Positions 9,432 through 18,179 of a DNA stretch of 64,000 nucleotides are shown here, piece after piece. The DNA is from an uncultured Acidobacteriota bacterium (lineage in GTDB: Bacteria > Acidobacteriota > Vicinamibacteria > Vicinamibacterales > CAVVIG01). The stretch spans positions 470,642 to 534,641 of the forward strand of contig CAVYZX010000004.1 in NCBI GenBank assembly GCA_963773035.1, read 5' to 3'. Position numbers and translations under genes: made by a program. The notes under the pieces are model-generated. The model did no database searches, was not told the origin of the DNA, and was given only the letters and a program-made list of their open reading frames with translations. Numbering within the stretch: the stretch's first letter is position 1; the number at the start of each line of letters is the position of its first letter.

Positions 9432-10775
9432 ATGAGCCTCCCCGTGTTCAGCCCTGCCCTCCTGACGGACCTCTACGAGCTGACCATGCTCCAGGCATAT
9501 TTCGCGGAGCGGATGAGCGATCGGGCCGTTTTCAGCCTGTTCGTCCGACACTTGCCCGAACGACGCAACTATCTCCTGGCCTGTGGGCTGGACGATGTGT
9601 TGACGTTCCTGGAAACGCTGCGGTTCGACCAACCCGCACTCGCCTACCTGGATTCGCTGGGCCGCTTTTCCGGCGACTTCCTCCAATTCCTGGAACGGCT
9701 TCGGTTTACCGGCGACGTCCACGCCGTGCCCGAAGGGACGCCGGTTTTTGCGAACGAACCGATCCTCGAAATCGCCGCGCCAATCACCGAGGCTCAGGTC
9801 GTCGAGTCTTTCGTCATGAACCAAATCCATCTCCAGACGGTTCTTGCCTCGAAAGCGGCCCGGGTCGTTACCGCGGCCCAGGGCCGGCCGGTCGTAGATT
9901 TTGGTTTCCGGCGGATCCACGGTATCGACGCGGGAGTGAAGGCGGCGCGCGCATTTCACATTGCCGGCGTGAGCGCCACCTCGAATGTGGCCGCGGCCCA
10001 AGCCTACGGACTGACCGCTGCCGGCACGTTGGCTCACAGCTTCATTCAGGCCCACGACGATGAATACGCGGCATTTCGAGCGTTCGCGGGCGTCTATCCC
10101 GACACCGTTCTGTTGGTGGATACCTGCGACACTCTGGCAGGCGTTCGAAAGGTCGTGAGATTGGCGAGCGAGCTCGGACCTGATTTCAAGGTGAGTGCGA
10201 TTCGTCTGGATTCCGGCGACCTCGCGACTCTCAGCATCGCCGCGCGGCAAATTCTCGACGAGGCCGGCCTGCAACAGGTGGGAATCTTCGCCAGTGGAAA
10301 CCTCAACGAAGACGAGATCACGAAATTGCTTGAAGCCGGATCGCCCATCAATGGCTTCGGGGTGGGGACAGAAATGGGCGTGTCGCGCGACGCACCCAGT
10401 GTCGACATCGTCTATAAGTTGGTGGAGTACGCCGGTCGCGGGCGAACGAAGCGATCGCCCGGAAAGCTCGTGCTTCCTGGGGCCAAACAAGTCTTTCGCA
10501 TCGAGAACAAAGGCCTTGCCGAGCACGATGTGCTCGGCTGCCGCGACGATCAAGGGCCAGGGCGGCCGCTGCTCGAGCCGGTGATGCGGGAAGGCGTTCG
10601 GCTGCCGAGTGGAAGAGCGACGTTGGCTGAATCGCGCCGGCGCGCCAGAACGGAGATCGAGCGACTGCCAGCCAGGCTGCGTTCCATTCTGCCGGCGGAT
10701 CCTCCTTACCTGGTGAAGATCAGCAAGACTCTCGACGAACGGCGGCTCACAGCCGGCGGATGTCGCGAGAACTGA
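9432..10775 (+). CDS. pncB: Nicotinate phosphoribosyltransferase
   Basis: MSLPVFSPALLTDLYELTMLQAYF is a typical PncB N-terminus. The ATG at 9432 immediately follows the TTG used by the track. Confidence 0.9.
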   Translation: MSLPVFSPALLTDLYELTMLQAYFAERMSDRAVFSLFVRHLPERRNYLLACGLDDVLTFLETLRFDQPALAYLDSLGRFSGDFLQFLERLRFTGDVHAVPEGTPVFANEPILEIAAPITEAQVVESFVMNQIHLQTVLASKAARVVTAAQGRPVVDFGFRRIHGIDAGVKAARAFHIAGVSATSNVAAAQAYGLTAAGTLAHSFIQAHDDEYAAFRAFAGVYPDTVLLVDTCDTLAGVRKVVRLASELGPDFKVSAIRLDSGDLATLSIAARQILDEAGLQQVGIFASGNLNEDEITKLLEAGSPINGFGVGTEMGVSRDAPSVDIVYKLVEYAGRGRTKRSPGKLVLPGAKQVFRIENKGLAEHDVLGCRDDQGPGRPLLEPVMREGVRLPSGRATLAESRRRARTEIERLPARLRSILPADPPYLVKISKTLDERRLTAGGCREN

Positions 10776-10782
10776 GGTTGCT

Positions 10783-11370
10783 GTGGAAGCGCGAAGCGCC
10801 CTACTGCTGGTCGATGTACAGAATGACTTCTGCCCGGGCGGTGCCCTGGCGGTCCCCGGCGGCGACCGCGTCGTCGAAGCGCTGAACCGATATATCAAAG
10901 CAGCAATCGCGGAGGGCGCACCAATCTATGCGTCTCGGGATTGGCACCCGCCGATTACGACGCATTTCACCTCGCAGGGCGGCCAGTGGCCGGTTCACTG
11001 CGTTCGAGAAACGAAGGGCGCGGAGTTCCATCCCACCCTCGAGCTTCCGCGGCAAACGACCATCATCACCAAGGGAGACAGTCCGGACAAACCCGGCTAC
11101 TCGGCATTCGAAGGCCACACAGCCGACGCGACGCCGCTGCTGACCGACCTGCAGAAGCGGCACATCGATCATCTCTACGTTGGCGGATTGGCAACTGACT
11201 ATTGCGTGAAACACTCGGTGCTCGACGCACTGAAGGAGGGCTTGCAGGTAACCGTCCTCGAGGACGCAATCGCTGGCGTAGACCTAAGGCCTGGAGATTC
11301 CTCTGCTGCCATTGCGGAAATGCGCCAAGCTGGAGCCCGGGTGGAGGTACCCAAAGGGCTTAGGGCTTAG
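10783..11370 (+). CDS. pncA: Nicotinamidase/pyrazinamidase (isochorismatase family)
   Basis: ALLLVDVQNDFCPGGALAV...YVGGLATDYCVKHS includes the catalytic Cys motif. GTG start with GAGG upstream, 8 nt after the pncB stop. Confidence 0.9.
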   Translation: MEARSALLLVDVQNDFCPGGALAVPGGDRVVEALNRYIKAAIAEGAPIYASRDWHPPITTHFTSQGGQWPVHCVRETKGAEFHPTLELPRQTTIITKGDSPDKPGYSAFEGHTADATPLLTDLQKRHIDHLYVGGLATDYCVKHSVLDALKEGLQVTVLEDAIAGVDLRPGDSSAAIAEMRQAGARVEVPKGLRA

Positions 11371-11388
11371 GGCTCAGGGCTGAGAGCC
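11356..11388. repeat. Tandem heptamer array (GGGCTNA) of about 4.5 units, overlapping the pncA stop
   Basis: Reads GGGCTTA GGGCTTA GGGCTCA GGGCTGA GAGCC directly in the sequence. Confidence 0.8.
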
Positions 11389-11403
11389 TGTGAATTTGTT
11401 CTC

Positions 11404-11476
11404 GTGTGGCTTCCGCCTTTAGAGGCGGAAGAGAGCCGGCCGATATTGATCTTCCGGCTGAAGCCGGAAGCCACGC
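11404..11476. repeat. REP-like nested-hairpin element, copy 1
   Basis: GTGTGGCTTCCGCC-TTTAGA-GGCGGAAG...CTTCCGGC-TGAA-GCCGGAAGCCACGC. There are two internal hairpins, and the outer arms GTGGCTTCCG and CGGAAGCCAC are complementary. It lies between the convergent pncA and DsrE-like genes. A near-identical copy is at 15355-15430. Confidence 0.85.
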
Positions 11477-11507
11477 GATCGATCGACGGGCTCTCGGCCC
11501 CAGTCCT

Positions 11508-12206
11508 TTAGCCGACTGCTGCAAACGTGTAGCCGTGTTCCTGCGCTCGACTGACCGCAACGATTCCGGCCGGCACCATATGCGAATTGGCCACGACATT
11601 ACTCGCCAGCTCGTTGTAAATGGTGTCGGCGTTGCCGCCGGTCGCCTCGGCAATTCCCATCGCGAAGAAGCGAGTTGCCATCTGGCAGACCGCCAGCTGC
11701 ACGCCGCGTTTGAGCACCGAGTCGAGAGTGTTGTTGAAACTGGGCAGCGTCGCGACGTGGGCAGCCGAGTTGTAGACGTTGATCTTGGGCGCTTGCTTGG
11801 TCTGGGGATCCATGAAGTTCAGGCGTTGTGAAAATCCCGCGCCGTACTTCGCCCAGATCGTGTCGTTGTACGCGAACACCGTCGATAAATGCCTCGCCAC
11901 GATGACGACGGCCGAATCGGAATCCTTCAGGCCATAGGCATTCTGATTGGCGGTGAGGAAGTTGTTCGCGTAAAGAATGGCGGAGCCGAAGCCATCCGGA
12001 GTTGTCGTGTCCAGAATGAACCGATGCTGGCCCGGGACCTTGTCCAGCCATTCATCCTGGGGGTGACGGCTCGGCTGACGCCGACCGTTACCGGCCGATT
12101 GTGCCTGCAACGCGACGCCGCCGGCGAGGGAGGCGCCCACAACCGTGGTCACGCCAGTGCCAACCTGCGACAGAAACGATCGACGGGCCAACGGGGACCA
12201 ACCCAT
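11508..12206 (-). CDS. Tat-exported DsrE/DsrF-like family protein
   Basis: 232 aa. SD GGAGG lies 6 nt upstream of the ATG. Twin-arginine signal: LARRSFLSQVGTGV. The body (VVIVARHLSTVFAYND...GVQLAVCQMATRFFA) resembles the DsrE-like sulfur-relay fold. The family call is tentative. Confidence 0.55.
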   Translation of the reverse strand: MGWSPLARRSFLSQVGTGVTTVVGASLAGGVALQAQSAGNGRRQPSRHPQDEWLDKVPGQHRFILDTTTPDGFGSAILYANNFLTANQNAYGLKDSDSAVVIVARHLSTVFAYNDTIWAKYGAGFSQRLNFMDPQTKQAPKINVYNSAAHVATLPSFNNTLDSVLKRGVQLAVCQMATRFFAMGIAEATGGNADTIYNELASNVVANSHMVPAGIVAVSRAQEHGYTFAAVG

Positions 12207-12461
12207 ATGTTCCTCCCTTTTCTTGACCTATATGTTGCCTGGCCTCTGAAGAGGCCTGCAGCTACCGCCTGGAAGTTTTCGCTGCTCCGGGGGTACAGCT
12301 CAGCATCGTATTGCCGCCGGTACCGTGCGGTCAACGTGGTTTATCGGCGCTCCTCACACGATCATGACGTTCGGCCCGACCTCACGCTACACTAGCGGCA
12401 GAATAAGGAATTCCTTTCGGCGCCAGGGTGCGCACGATCTGGCACGATTGCTCCCTGACCT

Positions 12462-13430
12462 ATGAGAAGCCGTGGACTCGTCTCCGCTTCCGTCTTGCTG
12501 CTGGCCGGCACTCTTTCATGTTCCCGCGCCGAAAATGGACTTCTTTCCTCGACGCGCTCCAAGCTGCACGGCCCGCTGATTCGCTCGAGCACCACGATGG
12601 TCACGGCATGGGATTTCCCAAGGAATCCTCTCGTCGACCCGACGCTGGACGATTCGCGGCTGGCAAAGGACATCCGATGGGGGTTTCAAATCTTCACGAA
12701 TACTCCGGGCGAAGCGTCGCGGTTTACTCCGAGCAAGGTGTCGTGCAACAACTGTCACTTGAACGGCGGGCAGCGCGAAAAGTCGTTGCCGCTTGTCGGT
12801 GTCGCAGGGATGTTCCCGGAATACAACCGCCGCTCCGGCCGCCTCTACAGTCTCGCCGATCGAATCGTTGACTGTTTTCTGCGCAGTGAAAACGCCACAG
12901 GCGTGCTCACCGATGCCGGAACCGTGCCGGTCCACGAGGACGAACACGAGATCGTACCGTCCACGACGTCAAAGGAGGTGCTGGCGCTGGCCGCCTACAT
13001 CACCTGGCTCGCCCGTGGCACTGAAGTCGGGGCGAATCCGACGTGGCGCGGCCAGAATGTCATTGCCTCCGCTAATGTGATCCCCGTCGAGAAACTCGAT
13101 CCCAAAAAGGGAGAAGCTCTGTTCATGGAGCGATGTACGTCTTGTCACGGTCAGGACGGACAAGGCGTCGCGGTTGGAGATAAGAAGCCTGGTCCCCTCT
13201 GGGGACCCGATTCGTGGAACGACGGGGCTGGCGCTTCCCGCATCTATACGCTGGCGGGCATCATCCGCTACGCGATGCCGTATCTCGACCCGGGCAGTTT
13301 GACCGACGAGGAAGCACAGCAACTGTCTGCCTTCATCAATTCCAAGCCGCGGCCAGCGTATCCGTTCAAGAGCCAGGATTACCGTACTGAAAAGCTGCCC
13401 GCCGACAGCGTCTACTACGCGAAGCGATGA
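12462..13430 (+). CDS. Dihaem c-type cytochrome, TsdA-like (thiosulfate dehydrogenase family), lipoprotein signal
   Basis: Two CxxCH sites (CNNCH, CTSCH). SCNNCHLNGG...VGVAGMFPEYNRRSGRLYSLADRIVDCFLRSENATG matches the TsdA/SoxA-type first haem region, including the conserved Cys in the CF.RS motif. The N-terminus LLLAGTLSC is lipobox-like. Confidence 0.75.
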   Translation: MRSRGLVSASVLLLAGTLSCSRAENGLLSSTRSKLHGPLIRSSTTMVTAWDFPRNPLVDPTLDDSRLAKDIRWGFQIFTNTPGEASRFTPSKVSCNNCHLNGGQREKSLPLVGVAGMFPEYNRRSGRLYSLADRIVDCFLRSENATGVLTDAGTVPVHEDEHEIVPSTTSKEVLALAAYITWLARGTEVGANPTWRGQNVIASANVIPVEKLDPKKGEALFMERCTSCHGQDGQGVAVGDKKPGPLWGPDSWNDGAGASRIYTLAGIIRYAMPYLDPGSLTDEEAQQLSAFINSKPRPAYPFKSQDYRTEKLPADSVYYAKR

Positions 13431-13495
13431 ACGCCGGGCTAAAGCCCTGCGCCACAATCGCAACAGCCGTAGCACCACAATCGCAACAGCCGTGG

Positions 13496-13515
13496 CGCAG
13501 GCCTTCAGGCCTGCG
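13496..13515. terminator. GC-rich hairpin between convergent genes, a candidate bidirectional terminator
   Basis: CGCAGGCC-TTCA-GGCCTGCG has a perfect 8-bp stem and directly abuts the DUF1634 stop (13516). There is no U-tract. Confidence 0.45.
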
Positions 13516-13830
13516 TCAGGTTCTCGCGCCGTATATCGCGTAGAGCACGCTCGCCGCCAGTTCTGCCAGGACGATCACGGTCAACCCGACGAACACCCAG
13601 TTGCGCTCGCGCGCGTAATCGACAACCGACACCACGACGCGGGCGACCGGCGTCGCGAGCAGCAACATCAGCCCGATCGTCAGCAGCAGTTCGGCCGGAC
13701 GATGACCGATCCCCATGAGCCTCAATGCCAGGCCGCTGCTCAAACAAACCGTCGTCGCACCGATACCGGCCCGGAGAACGCGGCCAACGGTGCGCTCGAG
13801 CGTGCTACCGGTTTCGACTGGACCACTCAC
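13516..13830 (-). CDS. DUF1634-like small membrane protein, the usual partner of TauE
   Basis: My start is GTG 13830, which overlaps the TauE stop as GTGA. The translation runs VSGPVETGSTLERTVGRVLRAGIGATTVCLSSGLALRLMGIG...VVDYARERNWVFVGLTVIVLAELAASVLY. The N-terminal part of the track ORF is out-of-frame overlap with TauE. Confidence 0.65.
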   Translation of the reverse strand: MSGPVETGSTLERTVGRVLRAGIGATTVCLSSGLALRLMGIGHRPAELLLTIGLMLLLATPVARVVVSVVDYARERNWVFVGLTVIVLAELAASVLYAIYGART

Positions 13831-14657
13831 CGTATGCTCCGTACGAAAATGGCGACCGCAACCACACCCAGAATGATCGCCATGAGAATCTTCAACCAGT
13901 TGGAGGACGCCCGCTGCGCCCACCGCAATCCCAACACCGTCCCCAGCTGAACGCCGAGTACCGCCGGCGCCGCAGCCAGCGGTGGCAAATCGCCATGGCC
14001 GTAGTAGATGATCGCTCCGCCCGTGGCCGTCACGCCAATCATGAACGCGCTGGTTGCGGCAGCCGCTCGCATCGGCATCCCACACCATGCGTTCAAGACC
14101 GGCACTTTGATGATTCCACCGCCGAGACCGAGCAGCGAGGAAACATTGCCGGCTACAAACGATGCGCCGAGAGCCACCGGCAGCCGCTTGATGCGGTAGC
14201 TCACCATGCTGCCACTCTCGGCGTCGTAGAAGGACCCTCCCAAACGACCCGGATCAACGGACGAGGCAAGAATGTTGCGGCGGTTGATTCGACTCAGCAT
14301 GACGAAGGCAACCGCGAACGCCACGACGCCGAATAGTCTTTCAAGCGTGGATTCGGCAAAAATCTGCGCCGTCACGCCCCCGAGCAGGCTGCCAGCCACC
14401 GTTGCGACTTCGAGGACCATGCCAAACCGCAGGTTGATCAGGTGTTCACCGGCACGAGCGGCGGTGACCGAGCTCGACGTGGCTATGACTGTCGCCAAGC
14501 TGATCGCCGCCGCGGATTTCAGTGGAAAGCCCAGCACGAGGTGAAGAAACGGCACGAGAAACACTCCTCCGCCGAGACCCAACAGTCCGCCCATGCCGCC
14601 GGCGAGTATGCCGGCGACGAAGATGATCAGCGCCAATGAACCGGTGATCAGGGGCAT
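13827..14657 (-). CDS. TauE/SafE family sulfite/anion exporter
   Basis: True start is ATG 14657 (MPLITGSLALIIFVAGILAGGMGGLLGLGGGVFLVPFL). The protein has the duplicated GLGGG motifs of TauE. The 212-aa N-terminal extension in the track is antisense to the neighbouring P/G-rich gene. Confidence 0.85.
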   Translation of the reverse strand: MPLITGSLALIIFVAGILAGGMGGLLGLGGGVFLVPFLHLVLGFPLKSAAAISLATVIATSSSVTAARAGEHLINLRFGMVLEVATVAGSLLGGVTAQIFAESTLERLFGVVAFAVAFVMLSRINRRNILASSVDPGRLGGSFYDAESGSMVSYRIKRLPVALGASFVAGNVSSLLGLGGGIIKVPVLNAWCGMPMRAAAATSAFMIGVTATGGAIIYYGHGDLPPLAAAPAVLGVQLGTVLGLRWAQRASSNWLKILMAIILGVVAVAIFVRSIR

Positions 14658-14823
14658 TTTCGTTGCTCGCCATGATAGCAATTGGCTGTTCGGACCGGCC
14701 ACGAGCGGCAGGCAGGTCGCCGGTGCGCGTTGCCGACGCCTTACGTATAATGTGCTGGCCTTCGGCTCGCAGAGGCCACTCTGCTCGGCCGGCGCATTTC
14801 TACGACGTGACAGGGGAGGAGTC

Positions 14824-15336
14824 ATGAAGCTGACGGTTCTTGCGGGTGTTGTCCTCGCCGCCGCCGTGACGGCCGGGGTTGCAGCACAGAGCGGTTCGAC
14901 CACCACAGAACAGACGATTATGGGGTGCGTGAAGGGCGATGGCTCCGATGCGAGCCCCTGGATGTTGGTCGGCGTCGTCATCCCACCCCCTCCACCACCA
15001 CCTCCGGCGGGTCCTCCGGGAGGAGGCGGCCGTGGCGGAAGGGGCGGCGGTCCTCCGGCGGCGGGCGGTCCTCCAGCGGCAGGCGGCGCACCACCAGCAG
15101 GCGGCGCTCCTCCGGCTGGGGGCGCACCAGCGGCAGGGGCCGAGGGTGGCCGTGGAGGCCGTGGCGCTGCACCGGCAACTCCCCCACCGCCGCCTCCGCC
15201 TCCGCAGGATTTCAAGTTGACCGGAATCAACATGACCCCGTGGAATGGCATGCGCGCCGCCGTCACGGGCAGCGGCACGACGTCAGACTTCAAAGTCAGC
15301 GACGTACGCTCGATGTGGGGGACTTGTAAGAACTAA
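14824..15336 (+). CDS. Small secreted protein with a long central Pro/Gly low-complexity insert
   Basis: ATG 14824 follows GGGGAGGAG. Signal peptide: MKLTVLAGVVLAAAVTAGVAAQ. A conserved-looking N-terminal segment (TIMGCVKGDGSDASPWMLVGV) and C-terminal segment (FKLTGINMTPWNGMRAAVTGS...FKVSDVRSMWGTC) flank about 90 residues made almost entirely of P, G, A and R. Confidence 0.7.
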   Translation: MKLTVLAGVVLAAAVTAGVAAQSGSTTTEQTIMGCVKGDGSDASPWMLVGVVIPPPPPPPPAGPPGGGGRGGRGGGPPAAGGPPAAGGAPPAGGAPPAGGAPAAGAEGGRGGRGAAPATPPPPPPPPQDFKLTGINMTPWNGMRAAVTGSGTTSDFKVSDVRSMWGTCKN

Positions 15337-15354
15337 CTCAGGCCTCAGGGCCCA

Positions 15355-15430
15355 GTGCGTGTGGCTTCCGCCTTTTAGGCGGAAGAGGGCCTCCGGCATC
15401 TTCCGGCTGAAGCCGGAAGCCACACACGCG
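15355..15430. repeat. REP-like nested-hairpin element, copy 2
   Basis: GTGCGTGTGGCTTCCGCC-TTTTA-GGCGGAAGAGGGCCTCCGGCATCTTCCGGC-TGAA-GCCGGAAGCCACACACGC. It again lies between convergent gene ends and is preceded by the heptamer-like CTCAGGC CTCAGGG CCCAG. Confidence 0.85.
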
Positions 15431-15445
15431 ACTGATTCACAAGGC

Positions 15446-16864
15446 CTATTGAGGCACTAATCTGCCGATCGCGTTGGCTGTGCCGAGGTAGATTGCGCCG
15501 TCGGCACCGACGGACACAGTTCGCACCCCTCCGATCACGTTCTGCAGCAGACGCTCGGTGGCGACGATTCGTGACGGTTCCTGCGGATCGATCAGAATGC
15601 GCAGCAGATGGCGCCCTTCCTCCGAGGCCAAGAAAAGATTGTTGCGCAAAGCTGGACTGGCATCCGCTCGATAGAACGCAATCGAGGAAGCAGGGCTGTC
15701 TTGAGGCAGCCTGTAGGCGGTTCGAGGCACGCCGCGCCTCAGTCGGCCCTCACCCATCGCCACGACGCTGAGGCGACTCCAGTCGGGACGATCGCGGTCG
15801 GCGATCCACAACGCTTGTGACGTCGGGTGCCAATCGAAACCATGCGGGGAACGGTACGCATACGAGAAAAGCGGACTGCCTCCCGCCTGGTCGTCGGGGG
15901 TCGTGCCGTCGGGATTCAACCGCAATATCTTGCCGTTTGCCGACGAGAGATCCTCGGCCAGCCTCGCGCTATCTGCATCGTCGAACGCGGCAAGCAGCTT
16001 CCCGTCGGCCGCCACGCGAAGCGATGCCGACGGCGCGCTCGACGCCCGGGCAATCTGATCGCGAATGATGACGCGTTCGGCCAAAGTATTCGACACTTCG
16101 CGAAAGCGTGCGATGCCGAACGTACGGGCACCAGAGCGCGAACTGCTCGTGAAGACAGTGTAGACGAAGTGGGTTCGATCGAACTGCGGATCGACTGCGA
16201 TGGCGTGAAGCTGCTCCAGGGTTTCATCCTTCAAGAGCGCCGACTGAGGAAGCAATCGGCCCTCGCTGACGATCTGAACGCGCCCTTCGCGCTCCGCGAC
16301 CAGAAGACGGCCATCTGGCAGAAACGACATGTCGATCGGTTCAACAACTGCGTCGGAAATCTGCTCCAGACGCATTCGCACTCCGTCTCGAGTGACGACC
16401 TCAGTGTTCCCGCTCCACTTGGTGGGCGCAGCCGTTTCCTTCGCGTTTTTGTTTGTTGCCGTGGCTGCGTTCCCGCTTTCGACTGATGTCGTGACGGACC
16501 CTGATGTCCCGGCATTTACCATGAGCGGCGCCGAGCGTTCACTCTCCGCCCCACTACCTGAAACCGTCGCCAGCTCGATCGTATGCGAGCCCGGCGACAT
16601 CGTAGGAAGCCGCGCGGAACAGCTTACTTGGGTTGCGCCGGCAGGCACGCACGACACGTCCGCAAGGTCCGATCGTGCACCGTCCACATAAGCGACGTAA
16701 CGATAAGTGGGGAGTTCGGCTGGGTCGGCGCTAGACTGATTCCACCCTAATCGCTCGGATCCGCTGAGCTGCCCTCCACCTTCGTCGGGCGATTTGGACT
16801 TGTCGCACGCCACCAGCGCAACGGCACACAGCACAGGCCCGAGCCAACGACACCACGCGCGCAC
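15446..16864 (-). CDS. PQQ-dependent sugar dehydrogenase (soluble glucose/sorbosone dehydrogenase family) lipoprotein with an N-terminal Ig-like domain
   Basis: 472 aa with GTG start. Lipobox: AVALVAC. The C-terminal propeller has VVEPIDMSFLPDGRLLVAEREGRVQIV and related blades. Confidence 0.75.
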   Translation of the reverse strand: MRAWCRWLGPVLCAVALVACDKSKSPDEGGGQLSGSERLGWNQSSADPAELPTYRYVAYVDGARSDLADVSCVPAGATQVSCSARLPTMSPGSHTIELATVSGSGAESERSAPLMVNAGTSGSVTTSVESGNAATATNKNAKETAAPTKWSGNTEVVTRDGVRMRLEQISDAVVEPIDMSFLPDGRLLVAEREGRVQIVSEGRLLPQSALLKDETLEQLHAIAVDPQFDRTHFVYTVFTSSSRSGARTFGIARFREVSNTLAERVIIRDQIARASSAPSASLRVAADGKLLAAFDDADSARLAEDLSSANGKILRLNPDGTTPDDQAGGSPLFSYAYRSPHGFDWHPTSQALWIADRDRPDWSRLSVVAMGEGRLRRGVPRTAYRLPQDSPASSIAFYRADASPALRNNLFLASEEGRHLLRILIDPQEPSRIVATERLLQNVIGGVRTVSVGADGAIYLGTANAIGRLVPQ

Positions 16865-16922
16865 AAATCGTAGCCTACCATACGCCTACCGGCGCTTGTG
16901 TGAATGCACTACCATCTCGAGC

Positions 16923-18179
16923 GTGCGCACGCGCTGGATATTGATCGCAACATCTCTGGTCTGGTCGATTGGTGTCGATGTCCACGCGCAGCTCGGCACA
17001 CGGGTCCAGGCCTCTGGGTTCTCGGTGCCTTTGGCGTACGTGCAGGATCCGGCGGATCGTAACGTCCAATTGGTGGTCCAGCAGGATGGTCATATCCGGG
17101 CGATTCGCAACGGCACTGTTCTCCCGAACGATTTCCTGGATCTCTCGGCGGCCATCGTCAGCGGAGGCGAACAGGGGCTTCTGGGCCTTGCGTTCGCGCC
17201 CGATGTCGCCACGAGCGGCCGCTTCTTCGTCAACTTCACGGATCGCTCGGGAAACACGGTCGTTGCGAGGTTCAAGCGGTCGTCGGATCCGATCGCCGCG
17301 GATCCCGGGTCGCGTTTCGACCTGCGCTGGGGCGGCGCCGGCGGCCCTGGGTTCATCGCACAGCCGTTTGCGAATCACAACGGAGGCCATCTGGTGTTCG
17401 GGCCCGACCGGTACCTCTACGTCGGGCTCGGTGACGGCGGTTCGGGCAACGATCCGGCGCATCGCGCCCAGAATCCGCGTGAATTACTCGGCAAGATGCT
17501 GCGGATCGATGTCAACGTCGCAGACAGCCATCCGTCCGGCTACGAAGTTCCAGCGGACAATCCGTTCGTTTCGTCGGGACCCGCTGGCACACGCCCCGAG
17601 ATCTGGGCATTCGGTTTGCGGAATCCCTGGCGCTATTCATTCGACGACCCCAACCGCGGTGGGACCGGCGCCCTCGTCATCGGCGATGTCGGCCAGGGCA
17701 GATTCGAGGAAATCGACTACGAACCGCCCCGGCGTAGTGGGCGAAACTATGGCTGGCGCAACCGCGAAGGCGCGCACGACAATCTGGCGTCACCGCCGCC
17801 GGCCTATCTCCCTCTGGTCGATCCGATCCACGAGTACGACCGGAATTCCGGCCAGTCGATTACCGGAGGGTTCGTCTACCGTGGCCGCGCGCTCGGCGCA
17901 GCGTTTCAGGGACGATACTTCTTTGCGGATTTCATTCAGGGCCGGGTGTGGTCGATCACTTTGACCGTGAATCCGTCGGATGGCGAGGCGCGAGCCTCCG
18001 ACTTGATCGAGCACACAAACGAGCTTGGCGGCTTCGATCAACTGGGTAACATCAGCGCGTTCGCAATCGATACCGATGGCGAGCTCTATATCGTCAGCTA
18101 CTCGCTCGGTCGCATCTTGAAGGTCATCAGCCAAGCGGCGCCGCCGCCGGCGCCGACGGGGCTGCACATCATTCGCTGA
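16923..18179 (+). CDS. PQQ-dependent sugar dehydrogenase family protein (secreted)
   Basis: Contains LLGLAFAPDV, HNGGHLVFGPDRYLYVGLGDGGSGNDP, LLGKMLRIDV and GLRNPWRYSFD. GTG 16923 (VRTRWILIATSLVWSIGVDVHAQ) is preferred because the track start at 16794 overlaps the divergent gene. Confidence 0.8.
   Translation: MRTRWILIATSLVWSIGVDVHAQLGTRVQASGFSVPLAYVQDPADRNVQLVVQQDGHIRAIRNGTVLPNDFLDLSAAIVSGGEQGLLGLAFAPDVATSGRFFVNFTDRSGNTVVARFKRSSDPIAADPGSRFDLRWGGAGGPGFIAQPFANHNGGHLVFGPDRYLYVGLGDGGSGNDPAHRAQNPRELLGKMLRIDVNVADSHPSGYEVPADNPFVSSGPAGTRPEIWAFGLRNPWRYSFDDPNRGGTGALVIGDVGQGRFEEIDYEPPRRSGRNYGWRNREGAHDNLASPPPAYLPLVDPIHEYDRNSGQSITGGFVYRGRALGAAFQGRYFFADFIQGRVWSITLTVNPSDGEARASDLIEHTNELGGFDQLGNISAFAIDTDGELYIVSYSLGRILKVISQAAPPPAPTGLHIIR

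Noticed and set aside
9423-10898. 491-aa minus-strand ORF
   Set aside because: It is antisense to pncB and pncA, has a low-complexity Arg/Gly-rich translation and shows no domain signature.
14746-14751. A perfect TATAAT hexamer 73 nt upstream of the P/G-rich secreted protein gene
   Set aside because: The nearest -35-like hexamer (TTGCCG at 14730-14735) is only 10 nt away. I cannot support a promoter call without TSS data.
14658-15293. 212-aa N-terminal extension of the TauE ORF, containing poly-Gly/Pro
   Set aside because: It is the antisense image of the Pro/Gly repeat of the plus-strand gene at 14824-15336. TauE homology begins at MPLITGSL (14657).
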